Part shown: in pieces, positions 12,626-25,584 of the stretch
Numbering within the stretch: the stretch's first letter is position 1
How the letters are laid out: each line of letters begins with the position of its first letter
Source of the DNA: Octopus vulgaris
Taxonomy: Eukaryota
Length of the DNA: 64,000 nt
Reading direction: 5' to 3'
Assembly: GCA_951406725.2 (NCBI GenBank)
Contig: OX597819.1
Coordinates: 106,268,001-106,332,000, forward strand
Notes under the pieces: model-generated
The model's database searches: none
What the model saw: the letters and a program-made list of their open reading frames with translations, nothing else
What the model was told of the DNA's origin: nothing
Translations under genes and position numbers: made by a program

Positions 12626-13530
12626 ATTAGGTCATCTAGTATGAAATTTGTAGAAAAAGAAAAAAAAGTTTGCTAATGTTTTTTCTAAATACAAGTAGTT
12701 TTATTCATCAAAGTATGCACCCATACTTCCATTTCAGCGGTAGCTTGATCCAACCCGGATCAATAAAATCTTGCAAGGCTTGTTTACAGCATCGTCGGAA
12801 TTGATTTTCTTTTCCTATCAAAAAGTTATTCAAATTCTGGAAAGCGTGGTAGTCAGTGAGGGCAAGATGAAGTGAATATGGTGGATAATGGAAAACTTCC
12901 AACTTCAATTCCTGTAGCTTCGCCAATGACATTTTTTGCCATGTGTGGTCCGGCGTTGTCTTGCAATAAAATAGGAATGGATCTGTTGATTAATCCAGGC
13001 TGTTTTTCTTTGTAGGTTTCTGCATCATTTGGTCCTGTTGGCTGCAGTATACTTCAGCCTTGATTGATGAGCCAGGGTCGATGAAATCATAAAGGATCAC
13101 ACCTGCGCCAGACCACCAAGCACTCACCATGTGCTTCTTTTGATGAATTTTGCTTTTTGGACTGTGTTTTCGTGGCTCGTCCTTGTCCAACCATTGTGCT
13201 GAACATTTACAGTTGTGGTATTGGATCCATTTCTAATCACATGTTACAATTCGATTCAAAAACGGTTCATTTTTGTAACGGGAAAGTAGCATAATGCAGG
13301 CTTCCAAACGTTGCAATTTCTGATTTTCATTGAGTTCATGTGGAGCTCATGTATTCAACTTTTTATTTTACCGATTTGAATTAGGTGAATCAATATTGTT
13401 TGCTTGCTAACACCAAACAACAACGATAATACACCGGCACCCTGAGATGGATCTGACTCGGTAGTGGCTTTCAGTTCATCATTATTCGCCTATCTGGTCG
13501 ACCGCGTTGCTCATTTGTGAGGTCAAAGTT
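12626..13530 (-). mobile_element. Mariner transposase pseudogene
   Basis: RIVTCD*KWI, KIHQKKHMVSAWWSGAGVI, QDNAGPH, YPPYSLHLALTDYHAFQNL (cf. HPPYSPDLAPSDYHLF), with stops and frameshifts. Confidence 0.9.
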
Positions 13531-14014
13531 ACCATGTGTCTATATATACATTTCACACATACACTACACAGATACAAATATGCATGTATATTTGAAGCGA
13601 ATTCGAGTAAAAATCGTGATGGTCAGCAACATCTAGTAATGATAACCAAATTAGTTTATTTTCCAAAGATGTACGAAATACTGATACTTCGATCAAACCC
13701 TTTCATCAAACTTTTTTGTAGTGCTCCCTCGGGGATAAAATTTATATTTTTTATTTCTCCAATTGTCTTCTTTCATCCCTCTGTACCCCTCTCTCCCTCT
13801 CCTGTTCACTCTTTCTGTACGGTTTTCACGGAACTTCCATATCTTGTTCCCATGTTTTAAAACGATTATATCTTTTTAGTGCAGGTATACTAAACATTAG
13901 TGAAATGTTCTCTATCCGAGAAAAGGCACCAACAGTCTCTTCTGTCTCCGATTTGGTTTATGTATATATATATATATATAAAAGAATAAATGTTTTTATA
14001 TATAATGAACGTGA

Positions 14015-14470
14015 AATACAGGAAGGGACGAACACGGAACACAGACAAATCATTCGAAGCCTTCAATCTTCAGTCAGACACCGAATCATCATAGCAAATT
14101 TCGGCTGTTCAATTCTGATATTTGCTCCAACTCGGCCAGCCCCAAGAAAAAAAACTAAGCTGTAAGCATTAGATTTCTTGGTAGAAGACAGGAATGTGAA
14201 CGCACAAGACGGATGTAAATACAAGAGACGAAAACGAAATTGAAAACAGTAATGAATAAACAAAATATATATAACGGTGGTTGTCATACGACTTTAGACC
14301 AAATGAGACAAAAACAACAACAACATACCAGCTGGCGTAGAAATAATTACCGTTTCGGTAGCGGGGACACATGTTGGTCGAGATACGATGGCCAACAGAA
14401 TGGTTAAGAAGCAGCAGGTTGCAGGAGAGAGAGAGAAAGAGAGACAGAGGGAATCAAAGAGGGTGGAAGG
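14015..14470. repeat. Unclassified interspersed repeat
   Basis: GC-richer, purine-skewed block bounded by (TA)n tracts. Single copy in the window. Confidence 0.35.
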
Positions 14471-14494
14471 TAGGGGACAGAATCAGTGAGCAAG

Positions 14495-14580
<86 letters not shown>

Positions 14581-14665
14581 GTCTATAAATATATATATAT
14601 GTGCATGTGTACGTGTATATATATATGTATATACAATATACATAAACTTATGTATATATATACAT

Positions 14666-14718
<53 letters not shown>

Positions 14719-14753
14719 TACATATAAATATATATATATACATATAAACATAC

Positions 14754-14802
<49 letters not shown>

Positions 14803-14910
14803 AGCACATAGAAATAAACAGAGTGAGAGAGTGGGAGAAATAAAGGGAAGAGAATGTAGGTATATATACATCAAATATAAATACATAGACACATAAATAT
14901 GTATGTGTCA

Positions 14911-14944
<34 letters not shown>

Positions 14945-15472
14945 GACACTTCGAAAGACATTAATCCTACATTCTCAGTTCTTACGTTAGCATGAAACCA
15001 TAAAAAAATATGTCTACACAAAGAAAAAAAAAATCTCCTTCAACGATTGACTTGGCGTGAAACGACACTATCCTTGGCCCTCGATGGTGTACGTACTTAT
15101 TCAAATTAACAAACTTTATCAATTATTCCATCCACAATACATTTTATGTCATTACAATTAATGTTGAGAGAGACTGTATTATATGCAGATTTATTGCTGA
15201 TTTAATCTATTTGTATGACTGAAAGGATAATTTCGTTATCAGTATCGTTGATTGTAATCGTTTATGTATTTGCGCTTTATTTTCGCTGGTTTTCGAGTTT
15301 TATATCAGGAGACAATCGATAAAAGAACTAATTTATTCGGCAACACAGTTATATAGTATTTCATCGGTCGAACAATGACGGAAATTCTATAGAGCAACGT
15401 TTAGAAAAACGTATAGAAGAAACATGAAAGCAGATCGATGAATATGAATACATACACACATACATACGTAGG

Positions 15473-15562
<90 letters not shown>

Positions 15563-15565
15563 TGT

Positions 15566-15900
15566 GAAGGCGCACATACACAGTGGTTAGAGCGTAGAGC
15601 TTACGATCGTGAGCTTCTGAGTTCGATTCCCGGACCGGGCTGTGTCTTGTGTTCTTGAGCAAGACACTTTTCACGTTGCTGCAGTTAACTCAGCTGTAGA
15701 AATGAGTTGCGACATCACTGGTGCCGAGCTGCATCATCCTTTGCCTTTCACTTGGATAACATCATTGGTGTGGAGAGGGGAAGCTGGTATGCATGGATGA
15801 CAGCTAGCGTTTCACAAACAATCTTGCCCTGACTTGTACCTCGGAGGATAACTTTCTAGGTGCAATCTCATAGTTATTGATGTCCAAAGGGGGTCTCTTC
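15566..15900 (+). mobile_element. tRNA-derived SINE with CORE-like central domain
   Basis: cagtggttagagcg...gagttcgattcccggaccggg...tgtgttcttgagcaagacac; distinct 3' tail. Confidence 0.8.
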
Positions 15901-15905
15901 CTCCT

Positions 15906-15942
<37 letters not shown>

Positions 15943-16034
15943 ATATATGTGCCTGTGTGTTAGTGTGGGGGCCTAAAATGCATAGAAATTACTTATATGT
16001 CTCTATATATACACACAGAAATGTATATATATAT

Positions 16035-16372
16035 TCTGTTACTTGTTTCAGTCCTTTGACACCGGCTAGGCTGGAAAACTGCCTTTAGTCGAGCAAATCG
16101 ACCTCAAGACGTATTCTTTGTAAGCCTAGTACTTATTCTATCAGTCTCTTTTGCCTAACCACTACGTTACGTGGACGTAAACACACCAGCATCGGCTGTC
16201 AAGTAATAGTGGCGGCGGGTCAAACACAGACACTAATATATTCATGTATATATATACGACGAGTTTCTTTCAGTTTCTATCCACCAAATCCACTCACAAG
16301 GCTTTGGTCGGCCTGAAGCTGTAGTAGCAAGTTGCCGCGCTGTAGGACTGATCCCGGCACCACGTAGCCATG
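16035..16372 (-). mobile_element. Major bipartite SINE copy (degenerate)
   Basis: Homologous to 17870-18295. Confidence 0.8.
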
Positions 16373-16374
16373 CC

Positions 16375-16405
<31 letters not shown>

Positions 16406-16726
16406 ACATACATGCGCACATATATACTGTAAGCTTCTGCACGATTTTCGAAATCGTAATCAACTTGCCGATCACCTGACACGTGAGACCCCTGGGAAAC
16501 ACTTATTTACTCGAACTTAATTTACCCTCAATGAAATTGAACCTAAATGAACGTGGTTGTGGATATATACCCCAACCACTTGGGTTTGTTTGTGCCAATA
16601 CATATTTGTAGACATTTTCCAGTAGTTATTTTGTAGATCCATCTAACAAGTGGTACTTGATAAGTGACGAGTGGCAGAACTATCGCTTTCATGTTCAATA
16701 AATTACATACATTCCCAGTAATTGTA

Positions 16727-16912
16727 TTCTTCTTCTTCTTCTTCTTCTTCTTCTTCTTCTTCTTCTTCTTCTTCTTCTTCTTCTTCTTCTTCTTCTTCTT
16801 CTTCTTCTTCTTCTTCTTCTTCTTCTTCTTCTTCTTCTTCTTCTTCTTCTCCTTCTTCTTCTTCTTCTTCTTCTTCTTCTTCTTCTTCTTCTTCTTCTTC
16901 TTCTTCATCATC
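16727..16912. repeat. (TTC)n microsatellite, about 60 units
   Basis: Direct reading. Confidence 0.97.
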
Positions 16913-17744
16913 TTTGTTTAGTGTTTGATTAATTATGTAAGACTTTTTTACTGTAAATGAAAGCAATATGTCTTGAAATTGTTTTTTTTTCTTCTACCGT
17001 ACTTGGTATTGTGGTTGGTATTGTTCTCTCTTGCCCAAACGTGATAGAGAAGAAATATGAACAGAATCATTCCACCCCCAGTAATTCCATCTCATTGCCA
17101 GTAGAAGTATATCAAAGACTATATTATGTAAACTACCTGTTCAGTTTCAGACGTGCGGAGTGTGATTTAACGTAGATTTGGCTGCTATTTTTAATTAATT
17201 GAAGCCCCTTCTGTAACTCTTATACCCTCTTTTTATTGTTATTTTCTCTCTCTAGTTTAATGCGTGAACAGCACTGATTTAGAAAAATTATAATGAAAAG
17301 CAGTCCAATCGCCGCAGCGAACTACTCTTTTTCTCATATAGAGAATTTAAGATTATGATATCAAATGCGTTTCAATCTTTCTAGAAACAGATGATTATGA
17401 TTTGAAGGTGAATTAGCTGTAAATTCTTCTAGGTCGAGCACCCACATAAGGAATCTTTTCCACATCGTCTCTATTGGCTATTCACTTGAATGAATAACCG
17501 ATTCATAATTTGAAATAGACTTGCAAATGAACTGATCGATAAGAGAGAGAAATACAATTTCGTTTTATGTTTTGATCATTGATTGATGTAGGAAACTTAT
17601 AAATGAACTATCGGGGAAGGTAATATGAAGAGCTACAAACACAATGCGTGTTTTATACTAGTAATAGGTTATAAAGAATAAGTGAAGAGACGCGAAAGGG
17701 AAAAGAAACGATAAAATATGTAGTTAAACAGCTCGTTTTGTAAT

Positions 17745-18090
17745 CGTGTGAGTTTGGGTTCCTTCCAATTGCGTGACAAGTTCCTTTTACGACAGCTCCG
17801 GTTCGAACACTGTCAGACTGAATTTGGTCAAGAAAAACTGTATAGAAGCTCGTCGTATATATGTATATACTCTTACTCTTTTACTTGTTTCAGTCATTTG
17901 ACTGCGGCCATGCTGGAGCACCACATTTAGTCGAGCAAATCGACCCCGGGACTTATTCTTTGTATGCCCAGTACTTATTCTATCGGTCTCTTTTTCCCGA
18001 ACCGCTAAGTAACGGGGACGTAAACACACCAGCATCGGTTGTCAAGCGATGGTAGGGGGACAAACACAGACACATAAACATATACACAGG

Positions 18091-18131
<41 letters not shown>

Positions 18132-18512
18132 GACAGGCTTCTTTCAGTTTCCGTCTACCAAATCCACTCACAAGGCATTGGTCGGCGCGAGGCTATAGCA
18201 GAAGACACTTGCCCAAGATGCCACGCAGTGGGACTGAACCCGGAACCGTGTGGTTGGTCAGCAAGCTACTTACCACACAGCCACTCCTAAGCCTATGTAT
18301 CTATATTTGTGTTTGTCAGTACCCAACATAACCTATCGATGGTGCAGGTTTGTTTATGACTCTGATTTAACGGTTCGGCAAACAAGACGGATAGAATAAT
18401 TAGCAGGCTTAAAAGATGAGTCTTGCTACACTAAATCATTCATGGCGGTACCCCAGTATGGTCATAATCAAACGAGTGAAACACCAATAACATAAACAGA
18501 TAAAAGGTAAAA
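17745..18512 (+). mobile_element. Older plus-strand copy of the major SINE, split by the 17870-18295 insertion
   Basis: Left half 17745-17860 (gaatttggtcaagaaaaactgtatagaagctcgtcgtatat) and right half 18300-18512 (aacggttcggcaaa...gatagaataa...ggcggtaccccagtatgg). Confidence 0.65.
17870..18295 (-). mobile_element. Major bipartite SINE, well-preserved copy
   Basis: Reverse complement of the 7845-8280 architecture. Confidence 0.88.
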
Positions 18513-19019
18513 GAGATTAAATAGGAATTAAAAATAAGTGGCAATTAGTAAAAGAAGAGGGTGCGGAAAATTGAGATTAGAGTTCCAGGGAGAAAAAAAC
18601 ATTAAAATGGTTAAACGGTAGGAAAAAGGCAATGAAAATGTGAAAACTCTTCAAAGATATTTTAGCCATATCATATAAGGGCCATTAGGGTTATCTTAAA
18701 TATTGTTAATTTTTTAATGATTTGAATTTTTCATTCTGTAAAGCTGTTTGGATCTGATTCTGACTAAATAAGCCACGATTTCGAGTCCGCCTTCCTCTCT
18801 ACTTTCTTCTCATTCTAAGTGTTATACATATTTTGAATTGCATTTTCTTTTACCATAGGTCTGTCCTCAGCTATTGATGATGACACAGTATGTACTTTTA
18901 TATTGAGAGTTCGTTTCTTTTAAAAGATTCTGATTGCTTAGTAGCTTGAATAAGTATAACGATATGAGATGAAACAATTACTGTCCTGGCATATTTACAT
19001 GTAATCATAGATAGAGAGG

Positions 19020-19530
19020 CACATGTATATGGTGTCACATCTCTCCTCCAATCCTAAGACGTTCAAGAGGTAGCGAACGGTATTGTAAATCAAGTAGCTG
19101 TTCTTTACAAAGAGAAGGGCGCGAGTGTTCTTGTTTATCTGGAACATAGCTGTTGCTTGAAGTGCAAGAGGTACACTGAGACTCAAAATAGCTTTGAAAA
19201 GCTATAAGGAGAAAGAGAGCGAACAAGATTCTGAAAACGACCCACATTCAACATAACAATAGGCCACCTCACACACCTTTATTAACAAATCAGACAATAG
19301 GCAAGTTGGGCTGGTCAACAGTATTCTATTCACTGTATATCTCGTATCTGGAACTCACCGACTTCCATCTCTGCGGTGTGATCAAGATCAGTTTTTTGAA
19401 ACAACAATTTAATGACGTAGATGAGGTTAAAATGGCTGTGAAGAGGAGATGCACTGCGATATTTTTTCAAAGAGGATTCAAATAAAGATGTGGCAAATGC
19501 ATAACTGATGATGCACACAACGTTAGTGTT
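19020..19530 (+). mobile_element. Highly decayed mariner transposase fragment
   Basis: Remnants QHNNRPPHT and YLELTDFHL, followed by FNDVDEVKMAV, in the order expected for the mariner C-terminal half. Confidence 0.65.
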
Positions 19531-19861
19531 TCTGTATACAGGAAGAGTTACTATACCTACCAACATGTGTAATTGGAACGACATTTGTGAAATAGCCAAA
19601 AAGGTATGGATACGTTTGTATTACTTTTGGTACAAACCCCATAGTGTGTGAGAGTATGTTAGCGTTGGTAAATATTTACTGCTTGTGTTTACATATTCAA
19701 TATCAACATGGGGTCATGTTATCGTCCAGAAAATTGAACATGAGCACCACAAATTTCAGTCATATTTCGTATTACGTGGAAAAGACAAGTTTATGTAGTA
19801 TATGAGAAGAAATGGCAACGAATCACGAGGTTATCGCTTTACGTATATAATATGTGTGCAG

Positions 19862-19912
<51 letters not shown>

Positions 19913-20519
19913 TATGTATGTATATTTATGCATATATACATATAAACGTATATAACAATTTAGATCTTTGTTCTGTATCACGTTTCTCGTCTGATTACCT
20001 TGTTTTATGATTTGCTTATTCATAAATATTTCATGATACCTCAGAGCAATATTACCAAGCTAATTCCACATTCATTCTAAAAATACAGTATCATATCCAG
20101 AACGTAAACTCTGTGTAATATAATACCATTTTTATATACGAAAGTTTAAAGAATATACGTGACAGTAAATACAGATATTCTTTGAACTAACTCCTCTACC
20201 TACGCGCTTTTCCTGCTAGAAATAGTAAGCAAACAACACCTCATATCAAAGTGAAGCGTCTGAAAACATTGTTGGACATATTGGGCAACCTTGTCAAAGA
20301 TAATATGTATACAATTATATATCTATATCAGTCTACTATCTTTTTATATATGTATTATTCATTTATATTTATGTATGAATTTCTTCATAACCATGCACGC
20401 AGACATACAAACATAACTAATTAATCCTTTATATGCACATCAAATGCGGTAGCGCCAAGGAACTTGAGTCACACATTTACATATAAGTTTTTAACGCTTT
20501 AATGAGTAGCACTTTTTGA

Positions 20520-20550
<31 letters not shown>

Positions 20551-20559
20551 ATATATATT

Positions 20560-21010
20560 TATATATACTTTCGCCACAAAATATGACAGAGCATAGTAAG
20601 ATCCAACAATTGGAGAGATTGTGAGTTCTCCAGTTGAGTGTTTTCCTTGTTTAAGAGCGATGTGCTGCGATGATATGAGAAATGCTTGTGTTCATTTACT
20701 GTTAAAAGACACAAGATTGGCCGATCCCAATTTCGTTAGGAGATTTGTACGCTAAATACAGATCTATTGAATGAAGGAAAGTGTAATTTACAGTCAGTTG
20801 GTGACCCACGAAACCAGTGAATCTGACATTACGGTGATCAGTAAGCGAGGAGGGCGAAATGTTTCAAGGCTTTGAAGAACGTTAATGACTGCTACTATAA
20901 TCTTAGAGATATCAGAATACACTGCAGTGGAACAATAATTTGCAGGGTCAGGGAGATTGCCTTGCTTGAAAATGAAACCTACGTATAGTGATTTCCAAAG
21001 TTTGTAAATT
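20560..21010 (-). mobile_element. CR1/L2-like LINE relic
   Basis: IFKQGNLPDPANYCSTAVYSDISKII (cf. PKKGDPSNPSNYRPIALTSxLSKV). Confidence 0.55.
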
Positions 21011-21598
21011 GAAATGACCGCAGTTATGTGCGCACCTACATGCTCACACAATATTCACACGACACTGGCGCACTCACATACATGTATATAATTTTTAGAT
21101 GTGTTTGGGCAGTCGGAAACTATAATTTGGGATGTTTGTATTCACTGTCATTTCAAACCTCACTGAGATGAAATTTATCGTTTAAATATTCAGAGTCGAT
21201 AAATAAAATACCAGTGGAAGGGCACTATATATATATATATTTGGTGTTATTATCACAGCATAGGTGTTCGTTCCGCTTCGTGGAGACCTGCGATGTATTT
21301 TGTGCCTAGATGTAAGGGTCTTACATTTCCCTTTGAGTATATATAGATATATATGTTATACACAGTAATTTACCTGTGTACATCACACATGTACGAAATC
21401 CGTTCGCTCATTTATTACTGTTAATTTACCTGCTGTATATAACAATCTGACCATTTAAATTCAACTTAACACGTATCCTCCATCTTTTACCTGTCTCATG
21501 TTTCAGTCTGTGGCTTAGTTGTTGCTCCACCCCTGGAGGGTTTAGTCGAACAAATGGTCAACAGTAAGGAAGCATTGGAGGAAACACACACACACACA

Positions 21599-21650
<52 letters not shown>

Positions 21651-21656
<6 letters not shown>

Positions 21657-22720
21657 CAGGAATATAGAAAAATAGCATTTAGTGCACATATTGATACCTG
21701 TGCCGCACAACTCCATCCCAATTTTAGAATCTTTCCCCTCTACAAATTTAAAGACAATGCCACTCATACCCAGCGAATAACCATGGAATCCCACCTTATT
21801 AATAAATACAGACCACTTCTAAACACATGCCCCTAACACGAACCCACAACAAACACACTTACACCTGCACACACCCTACACACACCTTTACCCAGATATT
21901 AACACCATGACACACACAAATATATGGTTCCACACATACACATAATTGAATACGGGTGCAAAACATCCAACACTATTTTTTGGAAATGGCTGTAAATATT
22001 GACTTCACACAAATACGTTGCTTCCCGATACAGGCACAAGGCCAGCAGAACTATAAATATTGAAAATTTTACCCACACACACACACATATATACACGCGC
22101 GCGCACCCCAACATACATATAAACACACACGCGCGCGCGCGCGCACACACATACATACATACAGCTCTCCCTGTTCTAAACGAACTTACTTATCCAGTCA
22201 AGCGGAAAATACACTCCCTAACTACGCGCTAAAAAGCTATTTAAAATATCCACATGACGTCTACTGACCAGCCTGAACAATAAGAATTTTCAACAACACT
22301 ATTTTCGAAAATTCTAAACATTCACGTGACCTCTTTATTATGGCCAATAAGAAATTTTAGGCGGGACACTAGCCAAATTTTAACTTCTCTGGAGCCTTTT
22401 TTCTTACCCCAACACCAACTTCCATTCAAACATTCACGTGACCCCTTCATAATGACCAATCAAAATTTTAGGCGCGAAACCAAGCAAATCCCAAACAACT
22501 CTGGAGCCTCTTTTTTCACATATAAGAGACAGACTCTAATCTCTCTTTTATATTTTGATAAGCATAACAAATGTGCAACCGGTAAAAAGAACCTTCACCT
22601 AATTAAATTACTTAAATTACTTCAATTATTTGTCAGCATTTTCTTCATTTCCTTTTTTTTATATATATATATATATATAAATATATATATAAGAAGAAAG
22701 ATATTAGAGACATAGGGAGG
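21651..22720 (+). mobile_element. 3' end of a Penelope-like element: GIY-YIG C-terminus plus putative pseudo-LTR
   Basis: 21651-21836 translates without stops to KIQEYRKIAFSAHIDTCAAQLHPNFRIFPLYKFKDNATHTQRITMESHLINKYRPLLNTCP*, resembling PLE endonuclease C-termini. Not in the ORF track. Followed by promoter-like repeats and a hammerhead relic. Confidence 0.65.
22316..22530 (+). promoter_or_regulatory. Two 112-bp tandem units, each E-box + CCAAT + E2F-like site, followed by a TATA-like box
   Basis: CACGTGAC at 22323 and 22435; CCAAT at 22344 and 22456; TTTAGGCGGGA and TTTAGGCGCGAAA; TATAAG at 22521. Confidence 0.55.
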
Positions 22721-23210
22721 TCTCACACTTTCCGCCAAATAATTTCATTCACAAATCAATGTTCGGCTCGAGGTTATAGGAGAGGACTTATGGCCATGTT
22801 AATTTAACTCTTGTGTCACACATTTAATGATTTAACTGCCACATATCATCTACGAATATCTGTCAAACAATTACTAATTAGAACATTGAAATTCACTTTC
22901 CTGAACGGAATTTAGGTAAAGAAATATACAAAGTAAAACAAACATTAATTAACAACTTTTAATCAAATAAAATATGAAACTTAACAAAAAAAAAATCATT
23001 GCAGAAATATAACGCAATAAATACATCAAACACCGTACCTCGTCTCAAAATGCATGTTGCATGTATCAAGTAACCAACTAGGGTACAATAGACAAGCTTA
23101 TTATCATTCTTCATTATCATTCGCATTGTAATATCAAAAAACATTAAAATATGTGTGGTATTTTAGGAAGTTAGTAGAGAAAAAGTGTTTATCTCCTTTT
23201 CTCGCTCTCC

Positions 23211-23288
<78 letters not shown>

Positions 23289-24599
23289 GTCCATGAAAAC
23301 GGAGGCTAGTAGTAAGCCCTTACCCACGTACATTGCAATGAATATCTTTTTATAAACTTCTATGCATTCAATAAGGTATTTTGAAATGATTTAACTGTAA
23401 TAATTTATATTGGACTTAGTCTGTGTCATATAAAAAACATTTTCTTAACTCTTATATGAAAATGAAAATTATTTTAACATCTCGGATCCTAGTCCTTCAT
23501 AAAAATTAAAATATAAAAGAAAAGTAAAATAAAAAGTATGAAAGACGAAACGTGAGTAAGAAGAAACGTGTAATGATTGGAGACAGATGGTTAAGCGGCT
23601 CTATAAGGCCGTTACAACGGGAGGAATGCGTGTGTTTATGTGCATGTATAATAGTGCTTGCTTGTTATAGTAAGGGAGATATGCATGCAACGGTAACTGC
23701 TACTCTTCCACAAAAAAAAGAATAAAATAATTGCAAATTAATCGACTGAAATTCTTCAAATCAGTGCCTTACCATAACCAAAGTCAATGCCTGAGACCAG
23801 TTAAGAGCTTCTTTCATAAATAGCTCAAGAAAAGTTATCCTTGAACTGAAAGAATGCAAAGATTTTATTAAAGGAATCGTTCATTAGAGTCGAACTTAGA
23901 AGCATTTTGAAAAATAACAAAATTCTCAACCATATTGCATGTTACCAATGTAATATCCATCATAAGATAAATGAGCTTCTAACACAGACATACACATGCA
24001 CACACAAACTTAACAATATTTTGTTCGATTTTGTTTGTAGAAAAATAAAGATTATATGAATTCTGTGGAAAAAGAGTAAAGAGTAAAAATACGAAACAAA
24101 TACTTGGAATGTTTGAAAATATAAGTTTACCATGTATTAAAGAATAATACTCAAACATGTTTTATTCAAATAATTATTTGCTTTTCCACTGAATTTATAT
24201 TAAATTTATAAACAGATTTATTTTCAATATTATAAGCTCCGACTGAATACAGAAAAGAGAAACAAACCTACCTATTTTTTCTTGTCTCCATCAGTAGTTT
24301 ACAATGAGTCTAATATAATTTTCTATCGAAAATATTTGCAGCTTTTAAAGATTTATTTATAACTCATCCATAAAGATTAATTTTATACTTTTATTCGTTT
24401 AGTGGTTTCAGACTTCGATCTGTAGCCATGCAGGCGCACCACGTTGTACGTTTTAGCCGCTTATATATGCAGACTGAATTTCTTTGTGTCACGCTCAATC
24501 ATTCTAGTGAGGTCTATTTGCAGAACTGTTGGGGAGATCCTTGTGTAAAGGGGTATAACTCGAACGAGTTCCAACTTAATTTGAGTGATGCCCCAGCAT

Positions 24600-24990
24600 T
24601 TTTTGTCTATTCTAGGCACAAGGCTCGAAATTTGGGGGCAGGGGGCCAGTCGATAAGATTGACACCAGTACGCAGCTAGTACTTAATTTATCGACCTCGA
24701 AAAGATGAAAAGCAAAGTCGACATAGACGGAATTTGAACTCAGTCCATAAAGACAGATGAAATACCTATTTCTTTACTACCCACAAGGGTCTAAACGTAG
24801 ATAGGACAGACAAACGGATTAAGTCGATTATATCGACCCCTGTGCGTAATTGGTACTTATTTAATCGACCCCAAAAGAATGAAAGGCAAAGTCGACCTCG
24901 GCAGAATTTGAACTCAGAACGTAGCGGCAGACGAAATACCGCTAAGCATTTCGCCCGGCGTGCTAATGATTCTGCCAGCTCGCCGCCTTA
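24600..24990 (-). mobile_element. Dimeric SINE with Nin/Deu-like domain
   Basis: Reverse complement: aaggcggcgagctggcagaatc...gagttcaaattc...gaggtcgactttgcctttcattc...ggtcgattaaataagtacc. The central domain occurs twice. Confidence 0.8.
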
Positions 24991-25350
24991 TTGAGTCCTC
25001 AGCTTATCGGCACTCAGCTGCCGCTATATACATGCATTCATACATGGATGCATATATATGCACCTACCTACCTACCTACCTACCTACCTACCTACCTACC
25101 TACCTACCTACATACATACATACATAGATACATACATACATAGATACATACATACATACATACATACATACATACATACATACATACATACATACATACA
25201 TACATACATACATACATGCATATGTATGAATTTGTGGAATTTCATGTGATTGTTATGTTTGAATATGCATATGCCATGGAACAAAAATATTTTATATGCA
25301 AATGAATATGCACGCGCATATATATACGTGCATGTAAGTATGATTGTATG

Positions 25351-25397
<47 letters not shown>

Positions 25398-25398
<1 letters not shown>

Positions 25399-25517
25399 GA
25401 ATTCACAAAAAAAAAACAAAAGACGAAGACTGGTGGCGTAGACAACAAACAGATGTATCAGTTTAACTCTCGGGAAGTGAAAAAGTCTTTAAGAAAGGAA
25501 CACAGAAAATAAAGAGA

Positions 25518-25520
<3 letters not shown>
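25398..25520 (-). repeat. Family H2 copy with internal deletion
   Basis: aaagacgaagactggtggcgtagacaacaaacagatgtat... The hammerhead-like segment is missing; (TA)n on both sides. Confidence 0.7.

Positions 25521-25584
<64 letters not shown>

Noticed and set aside
14045-14130. Hammerhead on the minus strand (ctgaagattgaaggcttcgaatg, and the agcaaat...cgaaatttgct hairpin)
   Set aside because: GAAA and stems I/III cannot be assembled convincingly; at best a heavily decayed relic.
22316-22520. CRISPR-like repeat array
   Set aside because: Only two long near-identical units, no unique spacers, no cas genes, eukaryotic context.
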